From a virus (taxonomy: Duplodnaviria; Caudoviricetes): a stretch of 64,000 nt of DNA. Shown here one piece after another: positions 29,119-38,907 of this stretch. The notes under the pieces are model-generated. The model made no database searches. It worked only from the letters and a program-made list of their open reading frames with translations, and was not told the origin of the DNA. The stretch spans positions 157 through 64,156 of the IMG/VR virus record IMGVR_UViG_2832187548_000002. One strand, given 5' to 3'. How positions within the stretch are numbered: the first letter of the stretch is position 1; every line of letters begins with the position of its first letter. The translations under genes and the position numbers were made by a program.

Positions 29119-29519
29119 TTCGTGATCCTCACGCACTTGAAGGCGACGCGTCCGACTTCGCTCGGGTGGGGTGAGACCACCTCATACTTAGATCTGTCGG
29201 CGCGCTTCGTGGCGATGATGTCACCTTCCTGCGGCCATGCCCTGGTGCCGAAGTCGTTGACATCGAAGTCAATCACGACGCGATCCAGCAGGCGGTCGAC
29301 TTGGTCGGCATTGCGGGACCCGCGCCCTTCGTTCCGTCCTGCGAAGGTGCGCTCGTCGACGATGCCGACGATATCGTATTCCACGCGAGACGGATCCGGC
29401 CCGCCGACGACAAAAGCACCATTGGATTGCGGCAAGACGCGGAGGTCTTCACCGAATGCCGTTGCAAGGGCGGGGCCGGCGTCCTGCCACATGCTGGCGA
29501 AGTCGGATAGCGAAACCAT
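29115..29519 (-). CDS. Head-tail joining/closure protein
   Basis: Follows capsid gene; FGE...PQEGDII pattern. Confidence 0.6.
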   Translation of the reverse strand: MVSLSDFASMWQDAGPALATAFGEDLRVLPQSNGAFVVGGPDPSRVEYDIVGIVDERTFAGRNEGRGSRNADQVDRLLDRVVIDFDVNDFGTRAWPQEGDIIATKRADRSKYEVVSPHPSEVGRVAFKCVRITK

Positions 29520-29585
29520 GATGGTTCCCTTTCGGCTCATTGAAGCGCCCGCATCACTGCGGGCGCTCTGTCAGCCGAAGACGGC

Positions 29586-30656
29586 TTATTCCGTCACCGT
29601 GCGGAGGATTTCCGGACGCGTGCAGATGAACAGCGGATAGCTGTAGATTTCGAGGTCGACGAAGCGCGGATTGGTGCGCTTTTCGATTTCGATTTCCGAA
29701 TACATGTCGCGGCCGGGAGTGTTGACGTACGCGAACGCCTCGCCGGGCGACTGCGCGCGCATGAAAACGCCGGGCGCGTTGATGGGGAACAACTTCGCTT
29801 CCTTCGGACGGACGCCCATTGCCTGGCGGGTACCCGGCTCGGCTTTCTCGTCGAAGTCATCGACACCGCGATAGTTGATCCACAGCACGCCGCCATACCA
29901 GTAGACGGCGAAGGCGCCGGTGAGACTATCGGCCGCCGGGCCGAAGGCGTTCCGGAGGGCCTGGGCCTGCACGGTGTTGAGGTAGGTTTCACGCACCGTC
30001 TTGTGGTTGGTCAGCTTGTCAAAGAAGCTGTCACCGCAGAGAGCCGCCGCATAGGTATTCGGCAGCCACAGGCCCTGCGCCGCGCGCGCCATCGGACGCA
30101 GGACTTTCTGCCTGATGGCAAGCTCCACGTCGGTGGTGGCGGTGCTCAATCCCAGCGAGATCGGATCCGGCCGCTCGATATTGAATTCGGCAAACCAGTC
30201 AACAATCACCGTGCCGTCCGCGTCGAGAACAAGGCCATTGATCATGCCAAGGCGATGGTTCTCGAAGGTGAGTTCCAGATCGCGGCGAAGCTCGGTCTGC
30301 TTCTCGACCACCAGTTCCTGCACCTGCATAAGTTCGGTTTCCGAACCGAATGCACGGATGCCTTGGATTTCCGCAGCGTTGACACGGTCGCCCTTGGCAA
30401 GGCGCACGGTATCGAAGCGCCGCAGCTTGCGCTTGTTGGTGCGGCCCTGTTCCAGCGGGGCACCGCGCGCCGACGTCTGGATGATGGCCAGCTTCTTGCC
30501 CTTCTCTTCGATCGAAGCGAATTCGGTGCGAATGGGCATTGGGCGGGCCAGATTGAGCGACCCCAGCAGCATCGGTTCGTAGGGGATGCGCTGAATGGTG
30601 CCGGTCAGGGAGCCCATGGAAAAGGCGTCCTGACGGAAAATGTCCATGTGTGCCAT
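29586..30656 (-). CDS. Major capsid protein (lambda gpE family)
   Basis: DIFRQDAFS...EIQGIRAFG...YSYPLFICTRPEIL. Confidence 0.92.
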   Translation of the reverse strand: MAHMDIFRQDAFSMGSLTGTIQRIPYEPMLLGSLNLARPMPIRTEFASIEEKGKKLAIIQTSARGAPLEQGRTNKRKLRRFDTVRLAKGDRVNAAEIQGIRAFGSETELMQVQELVVEKQTELRRDLELTFENHRLGMINGLVLDADGTVIVDWFAEFNIERPDPISLGLSTATTDVELAIRQKVLRPMARAAQGLWLPNTYAAALCGDSFFDKLTNHKTVRETYLNTVQAQALRNAFGPAADSLTGAFAVYWYGGVLWINYRGVDDFDEKAEPGTRQAMGVRPKEAKLFPINAPGVFMRAQSPGEAFAYVNTPGRDMYSEIEIEKRTNPRFVDLEIYSYPLFICTRPEILRTVTE

Positions 30657-30690
30657 GGTCGTGCCTCTCTATTATTCCGTGACGACCACG

Positions 30691-31320
30691 TCAGCGGAGG
30701 ATGATGCCTGCCATCTTCAGCTGCGCGACGGCGGTCGCGCGCTGGTCATTGGTGATGCTGGCGGGGAAAACGATTTCGTCGTGGTGCACTTCGCAGTCAC
30801 GGACGAAGGCGACGCCATGCACCTCGGCGTCAGCCGCGAAGGCAGGCGCGTAAAGAATGCCGGCGGCGACCTGGCTGCCATCGTTCGCGGTGGGATTCAG
30901 CCTGACAAACTTACCGCCGCCAGCCGTGACCGAGATATGGAAGCCATCACCAGCCACGAAGGCGGTGGCGCCGGCCGTGATGGTGAAACCCACGTCATCG
31001 GAATAGGCGGTGCCTGCCGTGCCGGCGGCCATCGTCTTGCCGAGTGGGTCCGTGACGGTGAAAGCGGTAGCCGAGGTGAATTCCACCTCGTAAACACCAT
31101 CGAGCGCGCCAGTCAAAACGGTGACTGCCGAGATCGTGCCATTACCGGTGTTGCCGTCAACGGCCGACGCGGTGGCCGAACCGTTGCCGTTGAAGCCGAG
31201 CACGGTACCGGCCTCAAGATTGGCACCTGCACCGATGATGATGGCTTCGCGAGAACGATAGCCTGCGGCCTCGCTTACCAGAAATTCGGCCGCATGGCGG
31301 CCTTCCGTGAAGACGGTCAT
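30691..31320 (-). CDS. Head decoration protein (gpD family) with inserted beta domain
   Basis: EFLVSEAAGYRSRE...AGTVLG ... DGSQVAAGIL; Gly/Thr-rich insertion between. Confidence 0.85.
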   Translation of the reverse strand: MTVFTEGRHAAEFLVSEAAGYRSREAIIIGAGANLEAGTVLGFNGNGSATASAVDGNTGNGTISAVTVLTGALDGVYEVEFTSATAFTVTDPLGKTMAAGTAGTAYSDDVGFTITAGATAFVAGDGFHISVTAGGGKFVRLNPTANDGSQVAAGILYAPAFAADAEVHGVAFVRDCEVHHDEIVFPASITNDQRATAVAQLKMAGIILR

Positions 31321-31357
31321 GGGGAACTCCTAAGGGTCCGTCAGATGGTGGGAGGGG

Positions 31358-32782
31358 TTAGCGCTTGAAGCCGAACCGCTGGCTGACACGCTCGATGGCA
31401 CGGTTGTAGCCTGCGGTTACGGCATCCGTGGTGTTGCCTTCCCTCACCGTGTGGGAGGTCGACAGGTTGTGCGTTTCGATCGCCTCGTCGGCTTCGGCGG
31501 CGGCGTCGAGGATTGATTTGCGGGCCGCGTCGACCGAAACCCGGCCTGAAATGGCTTTGGCCAGATCGAACGAAACGCCCATCTTGGCCGCCTGCGCGGA
31601 AAGGGACGCCAGTTCGCTGCAGCGCTGGGTTTCGAGGGCGGCGGCGTCCAACGACTGCGGCGCAGCCGCTGCGGGCTGACGCTTGGGCGCGGTAGCGGTC
31701 GGTGCTGCGGCGGGCGCATCCGCCTCGCCTTCGCCCTCGTCGTCACCTTCGCCGGTGCCTTCGCTGGTCTGGTTGTCGAGGGTGCGGTCTTCCTCGATGT
31801 CCGCCGTGGCGTTGGCATTCGCCTGCGGCTTTCCGCGCTGCGTCCTGGACATGACATAAGTCCTTTGCTGATCCACCGCAAAGCGGCGGGTTGCGGTTGA
31901 GGGCGTCTCGTCGAGATATTCGGCAAAGGCCTGCATGGCCTCGGCAAGCGTGCCCAGTTCGTCGGCAAAGCCGACATCAATGGCTTTCTGCCCGCGATAG
32001 ACGCGGGCTTGAGTGTCGCGCACGGCCTCCGCGCTCATGCGCCGATTGGCAGCGACGAGGTCGACGAACGAAGCGTACAGGTCGTCAATGTCGTCCTGCT
32101 CTTCCGCCTTGGCTTCGTCGGACAGCGGAATGTGGGGATTGCCGTCAATCTTCCGCTCGCCGGCATAGATAAAGGTCCACTTCTGGCCCGCCATCTGATC
32201 GGCCTTGGTGACGTCGACATGAGCAGCGACAACGCCGACCGACCCCACCACGCCCATTTGCGGGATCCAGATTTTGTCGGCTGCCGAGGCGATGGCGAAA
32301 GCAGCAGAGGCGGCCGCCTCGTTCGCGATGGCCCACATGGGCTTTTCGTTGACGCGGCTGATTTCCGCGATGGACGAAACCAGATCGAAGCAGCCGCTCG
32401 CCTGCCCACCAAAGCTGTCGATATCGAGCATGATTCCGCGAACGGCGGGGCTTTCGGCCATCTCGATAACGGCGGCCTCGATGCGCTGATAGCTGGCCAT
32501 GCCGGACATGGCGTCGAGCCAGGATCCGCGACGAACAAGGGTGCCGTAGACGGGCAGCACAGCAATTCCGCCGTCTGCCAGGTAGCCGCCGTGCTCGAAA
32601 TTCCCGGCAGTGCTGCCGCCACCACGCGCCTCACGTTCGGGACGTTCGGCGGTGGCCTCAATGGGTTGGCCTGAAAGCAACCGCGCGCCAATGGCATCGA
32701 GGATGGTTTGCAGCTTCTTGCCCTGCAGCAGGTGCGGTGTGTTGAACACCTGCGACACCAGGGAAGGGAGGTCGCGGCTCAT
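31358..32782 (-). CDS. S49 capsid maturation protease fused to scaffold (lambda C/Nu3-like)
   Basis: LDIDSFGG, AASAAFAIASAAD, GSVGVV; possible internal scaffold start ATG 31852 after AAAGGA. Confidence 0.9.
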   Translation of the reverse strand: MSRDLPSLVSQVFNTPHLLQGKKLQTILDAIGARLLSGQPIEATAERPEREARGGGSTAGNFEHGGYLADGGIAVLPVYGTLVRRGSWLDAMSGMASYQRIEAAVIEMAESPAVRGIMLDIDSFGGQASGCFDLVSSIAEISRVNEKPMWAIANEAAASAAFAIASAADKIWIPQMGVVGSVGVVAAHVDVTKADQMAGQKWTFIYAGERKIDGNPHIPLSDEAKAEEQDDIDDLYASFVDLVAANRRMSAEAVRDTQARVYRGQKAIDVGFADELGTLAEAMQAFAEYLDETPSTATRRFAVDQQRTYVMSRTQRGKPQANANATADIEEDRTLDNQTSEGTGEGDDEGEGEADAPAAAPTATAPKRQPAAAAPQSLDAAALETQRCSELASLSAQAAKMGVSFDLAKAISGRVSVDAARKSILDAAAEADEAIETHNLSTSHTVREGNTTDAVTAGYNRAIERVSQRFGFKR

Positions 32783-34440
32783 TCTGCGGCCCCTTTCTTC
32801 TTGGGCTTGGCTGGGGCCGGCGCGGGGGCCGCCGGCTTCGGTTCCGGACGTTTGGCCGCCTCTTGAGCTGCCTCGTCTTTGGCGTCCTGCACGTCCTGCG
32901 GATCCGGATTCTCGTCCTGCGGGTCGGCGTATCCGGTCCCGGCCGGAACGGCGTTCGTCATGCCAACAGAGGAAACCCGGCGCGGGTCGCTGTCGAAGAT
33001 GAATTTGCGCCGATCAGCATCGGCGTTTTCACGCTCGATATCGTCGTCAACGCCTTCCCTGTCACCGCCGCGCGCGGCAATGACGGAGGTGCGGCTCTTG
33101 AAGCCGGCGCGGACGGCTTTGATATCGGCCGTCACGTCGTTGTTCGGATCGATGTATTCCATGTGGGGCGGCAACCATTCGGTGTCGTCCTCAACGGAAA
33201 AATCGTCCTCGCCATCAAGTTCGTCGAGGTACCCGAATCCGATGCCGATTTCGGCCCACCACGCGACGATCGGCTCCAGCGCCTGCGGAATGATGGTGTT
33301 GGCCTGATACTGCGATACGCGACGGCGGAAGTTCTGAATATCCGTGCGGACATTCGAGAAATTGCCCTTGGTGCAATCGCCAGTGAGGTAGGCATAGGGC
33401 ACCCCAAGCGCCACCGACAGGTACAGGGTGGTCCGGTACATGAACGGCTCGTACGATCCGCCGACGTCAGCCGGTTGGCTGAAATTCATCTTCTCGCCGC
33501 GGTTCAGTTCGACGATCGCACCCGGCTCGAGCGGGATATCGCCGTCTTCGTCCTCTTCGCCGTCGATCGGGCTATCTTCGCCCTGCTTCTCGACGAAACC
33601 GGCGTAGAGCGCAGCGGTCTTTTTTCGGTCGAGTTCGGCATCATCGTAGATGTCGAATATGAATGCGCGCACCATGGCGCGGGCCATCTTAGGCACGCCG
33701 CGGATTTGTCCGCCCTGGCGTCCGTCGAACACATGCAAGACGTCTTCCGCCGGCACGCGGGACCGGGTGTTCCCATCAGGCGGAAATTGCGTCTGCGTGT
33801 CGTCAGGGTGCACCCGCCAGAAGTGATAGGCGACACGCCGTCCGATCTTGTCGAATTCGATCCCCATGCGGATGACGTTTCCGCCTGGCAGATTGTCATT
33901 GTAGGCGAGGTCCAGCATTTCGGACGGCAACACCTGAATCTGCATGGGGACGGTGCCGGGCATGTCATCGCGACGACGACGGCGACGCCGCACAAACACT
34001 TCGCCGGCTATATAAGCCTCGCGCACGATCTTCTCTTGCAGACCACTAAAGCCCGTCTGCCCATCGGCGTCGGCGCGACGGCACCAGCGCTTGAACTTCT
34101 TCTTGAGGGCCTTGCGCTTTTTGGGATCGGAGATCGCGAAATTAGGCGTGATGCCGTCGCCGACAGCCCAACCGGCCCAGACGTCGACCGCATTGCCGCA
34201 CAGGCCATTGTTCTCGACGAGGAAGCGGGCGCGCTTTACCAGCGTGCGGCCGGCCGCCTGCAACGCAACGTTTACGTGAACGTGCGACGGCTGAAAATTC
34301 GCAAGACGTCGGCCGTAGCCAGCGCCTTCGAAGGAGGATGCCGAGCCAAGCGGGCCGAACGGGCGAAACGCGCCCGATGCGTCCATGACTCGCGGGTTCC
34401 TGCCGTCCAGGCCGACCCTATAGCGCGGCTTGGGCGTCAT
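32779..34440 (-). CDS. Portal protein (lambda family)
   Basis: IRMGIEFDKIGRRVAYHF, GQIRGVP, LTGD..NFS. Confidence 0.93.
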   Translation of the reverse strand: MTPKPRYRVGLDGRNPRVMDASGAFRPFGPLGSASSFEGAGYGRRLANFQPSHVHVNVALQAAGRTLVKRARFLVENNGLCGNAVDVWAGWAVGDGITPNFAISDPKKRKALKKKFKRWCRRADADGQTGFSGLQEKIVREAYIAGEVFVRRRRRRRDDMPGTVPMQIQVLPSEMLDLAYNDNLPGGNVIRMGIEFDKIGRRVAYHFWRVHPDDTQTQFPPDGNTRSRVPAEDVLHVFDGRQGGQIRGVPKMARAMVRAFIFDIYDDAELDRKKTAALYAGFVEKQGEDSPIDGEEDEDGDIPLEPGAIVELNRGEKMNFSQPADVGGSYEPFMYRTTLYLSVALGVPYAYLTGDCTKGNFSNVRTDIQNFRRRVSQYQANTIIPQALEPIVAWWAEIGIGFGYLDELDGEDDFSVEDDTEWLPPHMEYIDPNNDVTADIKAVRAGFKSRTSVIAARGGDREGVDDDIERENADADRRKFIFDSDPRRVSSVGMTNAVPAGTGYADPQDENPDPQDVQDAKDEAAQEAAKRPEPKPAAPAPAPAKPKKKGAAE

Positions 34441-34655
34441 CCTAGTGCCTTCGATGTCTTGTGATAACGGATGCGGGACCGGCGGGTGCCCATCAGGTCA
34501 GCAATCGCAGACCTGATGTCATCAATGGCCGACTGCAGTTCGCCCATGTCCCGGTATTGGATCGATTTGTCACCGTGCCGGATAATCAGGACGCCCGAAC
34601 GTTTGGCGCGGCGGAGCTTTCGCAGCTCCACCTGCAATTCTTCGAGCGTTTCCAT
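34437..34655 (-). CDS. gpW-like head-tail joining protein
   Basis: SGVLIIRHGDKSIQYR; between terminase and portal. Confidence 0.85.
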   Translation of the reverse strand: METLEELQVELRKLRRAKRSGVLIIRHGDKSIQYRDMGELQSAIDDIRSAIADLMGTRRSRIRYHKTSKALG

Positions 34656-34661
34656 GGCGGC

Positions 34662-36593
34662 TCACATGTAGGTTGACCGGACGACGCGCCGCCCTCTCGA
34701 TTTCGAGGCCTTTGGGGCCGGGATGGGGGCCGGAACGGGCTCGGGAGTGCTGACGTCCGCCGTAGATTCCGGTTGCTGGGGCGTTCGGCCGTCGCGTTCG
34801 GCCTTCGCTACCCGTTCGGCGACTTTCGCCGCCTGCTGATCCAGTTTCAGGCCCATGGAATAGAGGCCATGAAGCGCCGCATAGGCGTAGACACGGCAGT
34901 CAAGGGCTTCATTTCGCTTGCCATCTTCCTTCCACCAGTACTTTTGCGGGAATCCGTTCCTGAACTTCGTTCGGATGACTTCCGCCGTCAGCTGATCGAA
35001 GTAAGCGGCATCCCGATTGCGCGGGAAATGGCATGCGCCGGCACCGGAAGCTGTGGCCCCGACGCGCTTGAGGCGCTTGTGAATGGTGTCTTTGGCGGCC
35101 GAGACGCCAACCATGTAGAAACTCGATCCCGTTTTCTTCGAGCGAGAGGCTTTGCGGGGCCAAATCTTGGCGTGGAACTGGTTTGAACCTTTAATGGCCC
35201 AAATTTTCCGCCTGGTCCGCTTGTCGCAGTACGCATAAACCCGGCTGGTGTTGCTGCCGCCAGTGTCAACGCAGGCTGCTTGGAGCCGCATGCCTTCCTC
35301 ATAGCCGAGGTGGGGCCATGACGACTGCAAGAGTTCGTCCAGGTCCTCCCAAACGCCGTCTTCCTCGGGGTCGCCGGGCAAGACGCGATATTCGAGAGAC
35401 CACGATTCCTCACCTGCACCCCAGCCGACGATCTCCGCTTCAAGGCGATCCGGCTGAACGTCAACGCCGCCAGTGATGACAGCGATACGGACCGGCACTT
35501 CGTTGCCCCAATCCTCGACGAGCTTAACGAGGCCCTCGGAATCAACGCGCTCGACCGCCTCTTCCCATTCCTCGCCAAGCACGGTGTTCACGAACACCTG
35601 CAGCAGCGCAGGATCCGGCCGCCCGTCGTCGCCGTGGCAAGCCTGAAAGTCTCGCGCGCAATCGGCCCATGACTGCCAGGGGCTGTACAGCGAACTGATG
35701 TGGTAGGATCGAAGGCCCGGCCGCGTCGACTCGGCGGTTGGGATCCATTCGCCCTTGGCCATCAGCGGCGATTTGCGGTGTTCCGCGTGCGGATGGTCGC
35801 AGAACTTGCACCGGAACTGTGCGAGGTCCGGACGTCCCTTCGGCCACTTGATCTGCTTCCAAGTGAACGGCTGCATTTCGCCGCAATTGTCGCAAGGGAC
35901 GTTGAAATAGCGCTGATCGCCTTCGCGGAACGCCTTGCCGATGCGGCTGAAACCAGCAACACCGGGCGTCGACAGCATGAAGATCTTGCGCCGGACGAAG
36001 TTTGCCGTGCGCTTGATAGCCAGCCAGACGGGGTCGCCTTCCTGATCGACGTTCAACGGATACGCGTCCACCTCGTCTAGGATGAGGTAGCGGATCGACA
36101 TCGAACGCAGCGCCGAAGCCGAGTTCGCGCCGGTCAGAATCAGGATGCCGCCCGGGTACTCCTTCTCAAACATGGTGTTTGAAGAGTCCCGAGAGCGGGC
36201 CGGGCCGATGCGCTCGGACAGCGCCGGGCTGTCCGCAATCATGGGATCAAGGCGGGCTTTCGAGAACCGCTTGACCATCTTATCGGTGGGCATCACGTAC
36301 AGCGCCGGGGCTGGGCTGTGATGGATGCAGTAGCCGACCAGATTGAAGCCGGCCTCGGACATGCCGATTTGGGCGCCCTTCATGACCACCGTCTGTTCAA
36401 CGGTAGAATATGAGGACTGGTTGTCCATGATTTCGCGCAGGTAGGGCGTGCGCGCCGTCCGCCACTTGCCAGGCTCTGCCGAGCCCTTGGACGACAAATA
36501 GCGGTGTTCGTCAGCCCATTCGCTGACGGTGTACGGCGGGTCGGGTTGCTGTGACTCCAGCAACACCGCCTCGCACCGATATGCGCCCTCCAT
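34662..36593 (-). CDS. Terminase large subunit (GpA family)
   Basis: RTPYLREIMD, KGAQIGMSE, LILDEVDAYP, GVDVQ, NEALDCRVYA. Confidence 0.95.
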   Translation of the reverse strand: MEGAYRCEAVLLESQQPDPPYTVSEWADEHRYLSSKGSAEPGKWRTARTPYLREIMDNQSSYSTVEQTVVMKGAQIGMSEAGFNLVGYCIHHSPAPALYVMPTDKMVKRFSKARLDPMIADSPALSERIGPARSRDSSNTMFEKEYPGGILILTGANSASALRSMSIRYLILDEVDAYPLNVDQEGDPVWLAIKRTANFVRRKIFMLSTPGVAGFSRIGKAFREGDQRYFNVPCDNCGEMQPFTWKQIKWPKGRPDLAQFRCKFCDHPHAEHRKSPLMAKGEWIPTAESTRPGLRSYHISSLYSPWQSWADCARDFQACHGDDGRPDPALLQVFVNTVLGEEWEEAVERVDSEGLVKLVEDWGNEVPVRIAVITGGVDVQPDRLEAEIVGWGAGEESWSLEYRVLPGDPEEDGVWEDLDELLQSSWPHLGYEEGMRLQAACVDTGGSNTSRVYAYCDKRTRRKIWAIKGSNQFHAKIWPRKASRSKKTGSSFYMVGVSAAKDTIHKRLKRVGATASGAGACHFPRNRDAAYFDQLTAEVIRTKFRNGFPQKYWWKEDGKRNEALDCRVYAYAALHGLYSMGLKLDQQAAKVAERVAKAERDGRTPQQPESTADVSTPEPVPAPIPAPKASKSRGRRVVRSTYM

Positions 36594-37129
36594 TATGTGG
36601 ACGCGGACGGATTCGGTATGCCCGGCACGGTCGGCCGCGTGTTCGAAATCTCAATCAGCTGATCGCGCACGCAGCGGTCAAGGGACGCCATTACGGCTTT
36701 GGCATCGGCTCCGACATCGCCGGCAATCTCTTGCCCGTAGCGATTGGCGAAGTTCAGCCATTTGTCACGGATCAAACGCGAAAAGTTGGCAAGCGCCAAT
36801 TCAACGTCCGCCTTGTGGACGGTCTCGCCGCGGCGCTTCTTCAACTCTTCCTCAAGCAAGGCGATCTGCAGTGACTTTTCTTCGACCTTGAGGTCGTCGA
36901 AATCCTGCGCGGCCTTCTTGGACCGCCGCGGCGTCGCGACTGTCGGCGGCCGCCCACGCCCTCGCACCTTTGACAAATCGCGTGTCGAGTTCCAGCGGTC
37001 GACCTGTGTGTCAGGGTCGATCAAGCCGTCAGCACCGACGATAACGCGCCCGCTTTTGACGGCCTTGTGAATGGCCGTGGGGCTGACGCCCACCAGCTTG
37101 GCGAACTGCGACGAATTCAGCCCCGGCAT
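36593..37129 (-). CDS. Terminase small subunit (Nu1-like)
   Basis: N-terminal wHTH FAKLVGVSPTAIHKAVKSGR; directly upstream of TerL. Confidence 0.85.
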   Translation of the reverse strand: MPGLNSSQFAKLVGVSPTAIHKAVKSGRVIVGADGLIDPDTQVDRWNSTRDLSKVRGRGRPPTVATPRRSKKAAQDFDDLKVEEKSLQIALLEEELKKRRGETVHKADVELALANFSRLIRDKWLNFANRYGQEIAGDVGADAKAVMASLDRCVRDQLIEISNTRPTVPGIPNPSAST

Positions 37130-37166
37130 TTCCTGATCATTTCCAATGCTTTAGTGCACATTGCAC

Positions 37167-37181
37167 TATACGGGACGTATA
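37167..37181. promoter_or_regulatory. Operator family B overlapping a TATAAT -10
   Basis: TATACG-GGA-CGTATA; TATAAT at 37178-37183. Confidence 0.7.
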
Positions 37182-37241
37182 ATGTTTGATATGGTCCGGA
37201 TCATCAGCAACGGGGCCAACGCCCCATCAATGGAGCCCGCC

Positions 37242-37865
37242 ATGAAGTCGCATTCCGTGAAGTCCAACGCCAAGCGCGCCGCCCGCAAGCTGTATGAGAA
37301 TATCCCCGGCATCTGGCCGATTGAGCCGGTGCAGGCTGGTGACAGCGGGCAGTGGTATCCGGCTATTTCAGCGCCCGAGGATTTGCGGGAACGACTGATC
37401 GCCAATGGCGTCGACCAAATCGCCATCATCCAGTGGCAGGCCCCGGCCGATGGCGTGCAGAAGACGCCGATTGCGATGGCCGAAGCCGGGCCGGAAATGC
37501 AAACGCGCGAGACGATGCTCGTCACCACGGCCAAGCCGAAAAGCAAGCTTCGCACGGTGTTTGAATCGATCCCGCCGCATGTCCCGTCGACCCGCGATGA
37601 AATCCTTGCCCGTCGCGAAGAGCGCCGCCAGCGTCACTCCGCCAAGGCAGAAGCCGAGGCAGCAGCGCCGAAGGTCGACAAGAACACGATGGTGCTTGAT
37701 CTGATCCGCAGGCCCGAAGGTGCGACGACGGACGAAATCACGGCGGCAACGAACTGGCTCAAGCACAGCGTGCGGCGGTTCATTTCCGTGGCGAACTCAA
37801 AACACAAGATGGGCATCATCGGCCGCCGCGAAGGCAAGGTCAGCCGGTACCGTATCCCCGCCTGA
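37242..37865 (+). CDS. DUF3489-like wHTH protein
   Basis: C-terminal VLDLIRRPEGATTDEITAATNWLKHSVR; GGAG RBS; own terminator. Confidence 0.8.
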   Translation: MKSHSVKSNAKRAARKLYENIPGIWPIEPVQAGDSGQWYPAISAPEDLRERLIANGVDQIAIIQWQAPADGVQKTPIAMAEAGPEMQTRETMLVTTAKPKSKLRTVFESIPPHVPSTRDEILARREERRQRHSAKAEAEAAAPKVDKNTMVLDLIRRPEGATTDEITAATNWLKHSVRRFISVANSKHKMGIIGRREGKVSRYRIPA

Positions 37866-37887
37866 CGTCAGCGCCAGGACTGCCAAG

Positions 37888-37914
37888 AGCCGCTCCGAAA
37901 GGGGCGGCTTTTTT
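37888..37914 (+). terminator. Intrinsic terminator
   Basis: AGCCGCTCC-GAAA-GGGGCGGCT followed by T-run. Confidence 0.8.
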
Positions 37915-38002
37915 GCGATCCGATCCCCGAAAGCCGAAAAACGGGATTTTCGGGCCGGGGCATTTTTTAACCCAAACCAGAGGCCACCCTCTAGCGAAGG
38001 CT

Positions 38003-38048
38003 TGCGGGCGGCGTTACCCGCACCCCGCGCCCCGCCTCGGAAGTACCT
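38003..38048 (-). other. Predicted cos site (cosN 38007-38018, cosQ-like 38042-38048)
   Basis: Minus strand AGGTACT...TGCG|GGTAACGCCGCC|CGCA mirrors the lambda cosQ/cosN layout and spacing; upstream of terS. Confidence 0.65.
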
Positions 38049-38152
38049 TCGGGGGGATAGGGGTGGGGGGTGGGGGTGCCGTCGCCGATGGGCTGGGGAG
38101 GCCCGCAGAGGGGCTTTGCGACGTCAGGCGCTGGGGTCGAGGCCATGAGATA

Positions 38153-38722
38153 TCATGCCCGCCCTGCGCCTCCTGGGCCTGCTACAGCGCGGTCAAGCTG
38201 ACGCTTCACATTCACCTCTAGGCGTTCCTTGCCATAGGTGATGAGTACCCGCTCCACGGCGTGCTCTGTCATGACTTGGGCTATGCCTGCACCGAAGTGC
38301 GCCTCAAGGGCGTTGTGCCTACCCGACTTCTCATTGTAGCCGCGGGTATTGGTGAAGACATTTCCGCCCAAACTGTCCACCACGAATGCATGTGGATAGA
38401 ATTGAGCCTTGCCCCAGATGACAGCGCCGACGCCTTTGGCGTTCTGGTGTGCGCCAAAGTGCTTCGTGTTGATAGGCCTGCCTGACCCTACTACCGTGGC
38501 TTTGAGTGTGGCCGGTGTTGACCACGGCCTGATGTCCAGGCCTCGCTCTACCACTGCGGTGGGCAGCGATGATTCCTTGCGAACGACTTGCACGCTTTTC
38601 CGGCGCGTCTGCCGGGCGGTGTCGTTTACTGCGGTCGAAAGCCCCTGCTTGATGCGTTCGGGGCTAAGGCGGGAAGCGAATTCTTCGACGGCGCTCGCTG
38701 TGCCATCGATGTAGAGACGCAT
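38153..38722 (-). CDS. gpZ-like minor tail/neck protein
   Basis: AVNDTARQTR...FYPHAFV...R.AL...FG; first gene of late operon. Confidence 0.65.
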   Translation of the reverse strand: MRLYIDGTASAVEEFASRLSPERIKQGLSTAVNDTARQTRRKSVQVVRKESSLPTAVVERGLDIRPWSTPATLKATVVGSGRPINTKHFGAHQNAKGVGAVIWGKAQFYPHAFVVDSLGGNVFTNTRGYNEKSGRHNALEAHFGAGIAQVMTEHAVERVLITYGKERLEVNVKRQLDRAVAGPGGAGRA

Positions 38723-38733
38723 TGCCAAGCCTC

Positions 38734-38763
38734 AAAGAAAAACCCGCCCTTGCGGGGCGGGTT
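38734..38763 (-). terminator. tR'-like terminator ahead of late operon
   Basis: AACCCGCCC hairpin with GCAA loop followed by TTTTTCTTT. Confidence 0.7.
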
Positions 38764-38861
38764 CAGCAGCGGGGGACCGAGACGAGGGCGCCGCTATGTG
38801 TCGGGCTCCGCTAAGGCTTTTGGCCTCTCCAAGTCCCCGGCGCACTGCGGCACGCTGGGGA

Positions 38862-38890
38862 AATCTGGTCAAAAAACGTGCACCTGTCAA
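38862..38890 (-). promoter_or_regulatory. Putative late promoter (pR'-like)
   Basis: TTGACA-N17-CAGATT just after the late regulator gene and about 100 nt before the terminator. Confidence 0.5.
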
Positions 38891-38907
38891 AGGGAATTTT
38901 CAAAACG

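Noticed and set aside
12090-34464. Long plus-strand ORFs (12090-13718, 14944-16707, 24038-25486, 32863-34464)
   Set aside because: Antisense shadows of well-supported structural genes, caused by GC-rich codon bias
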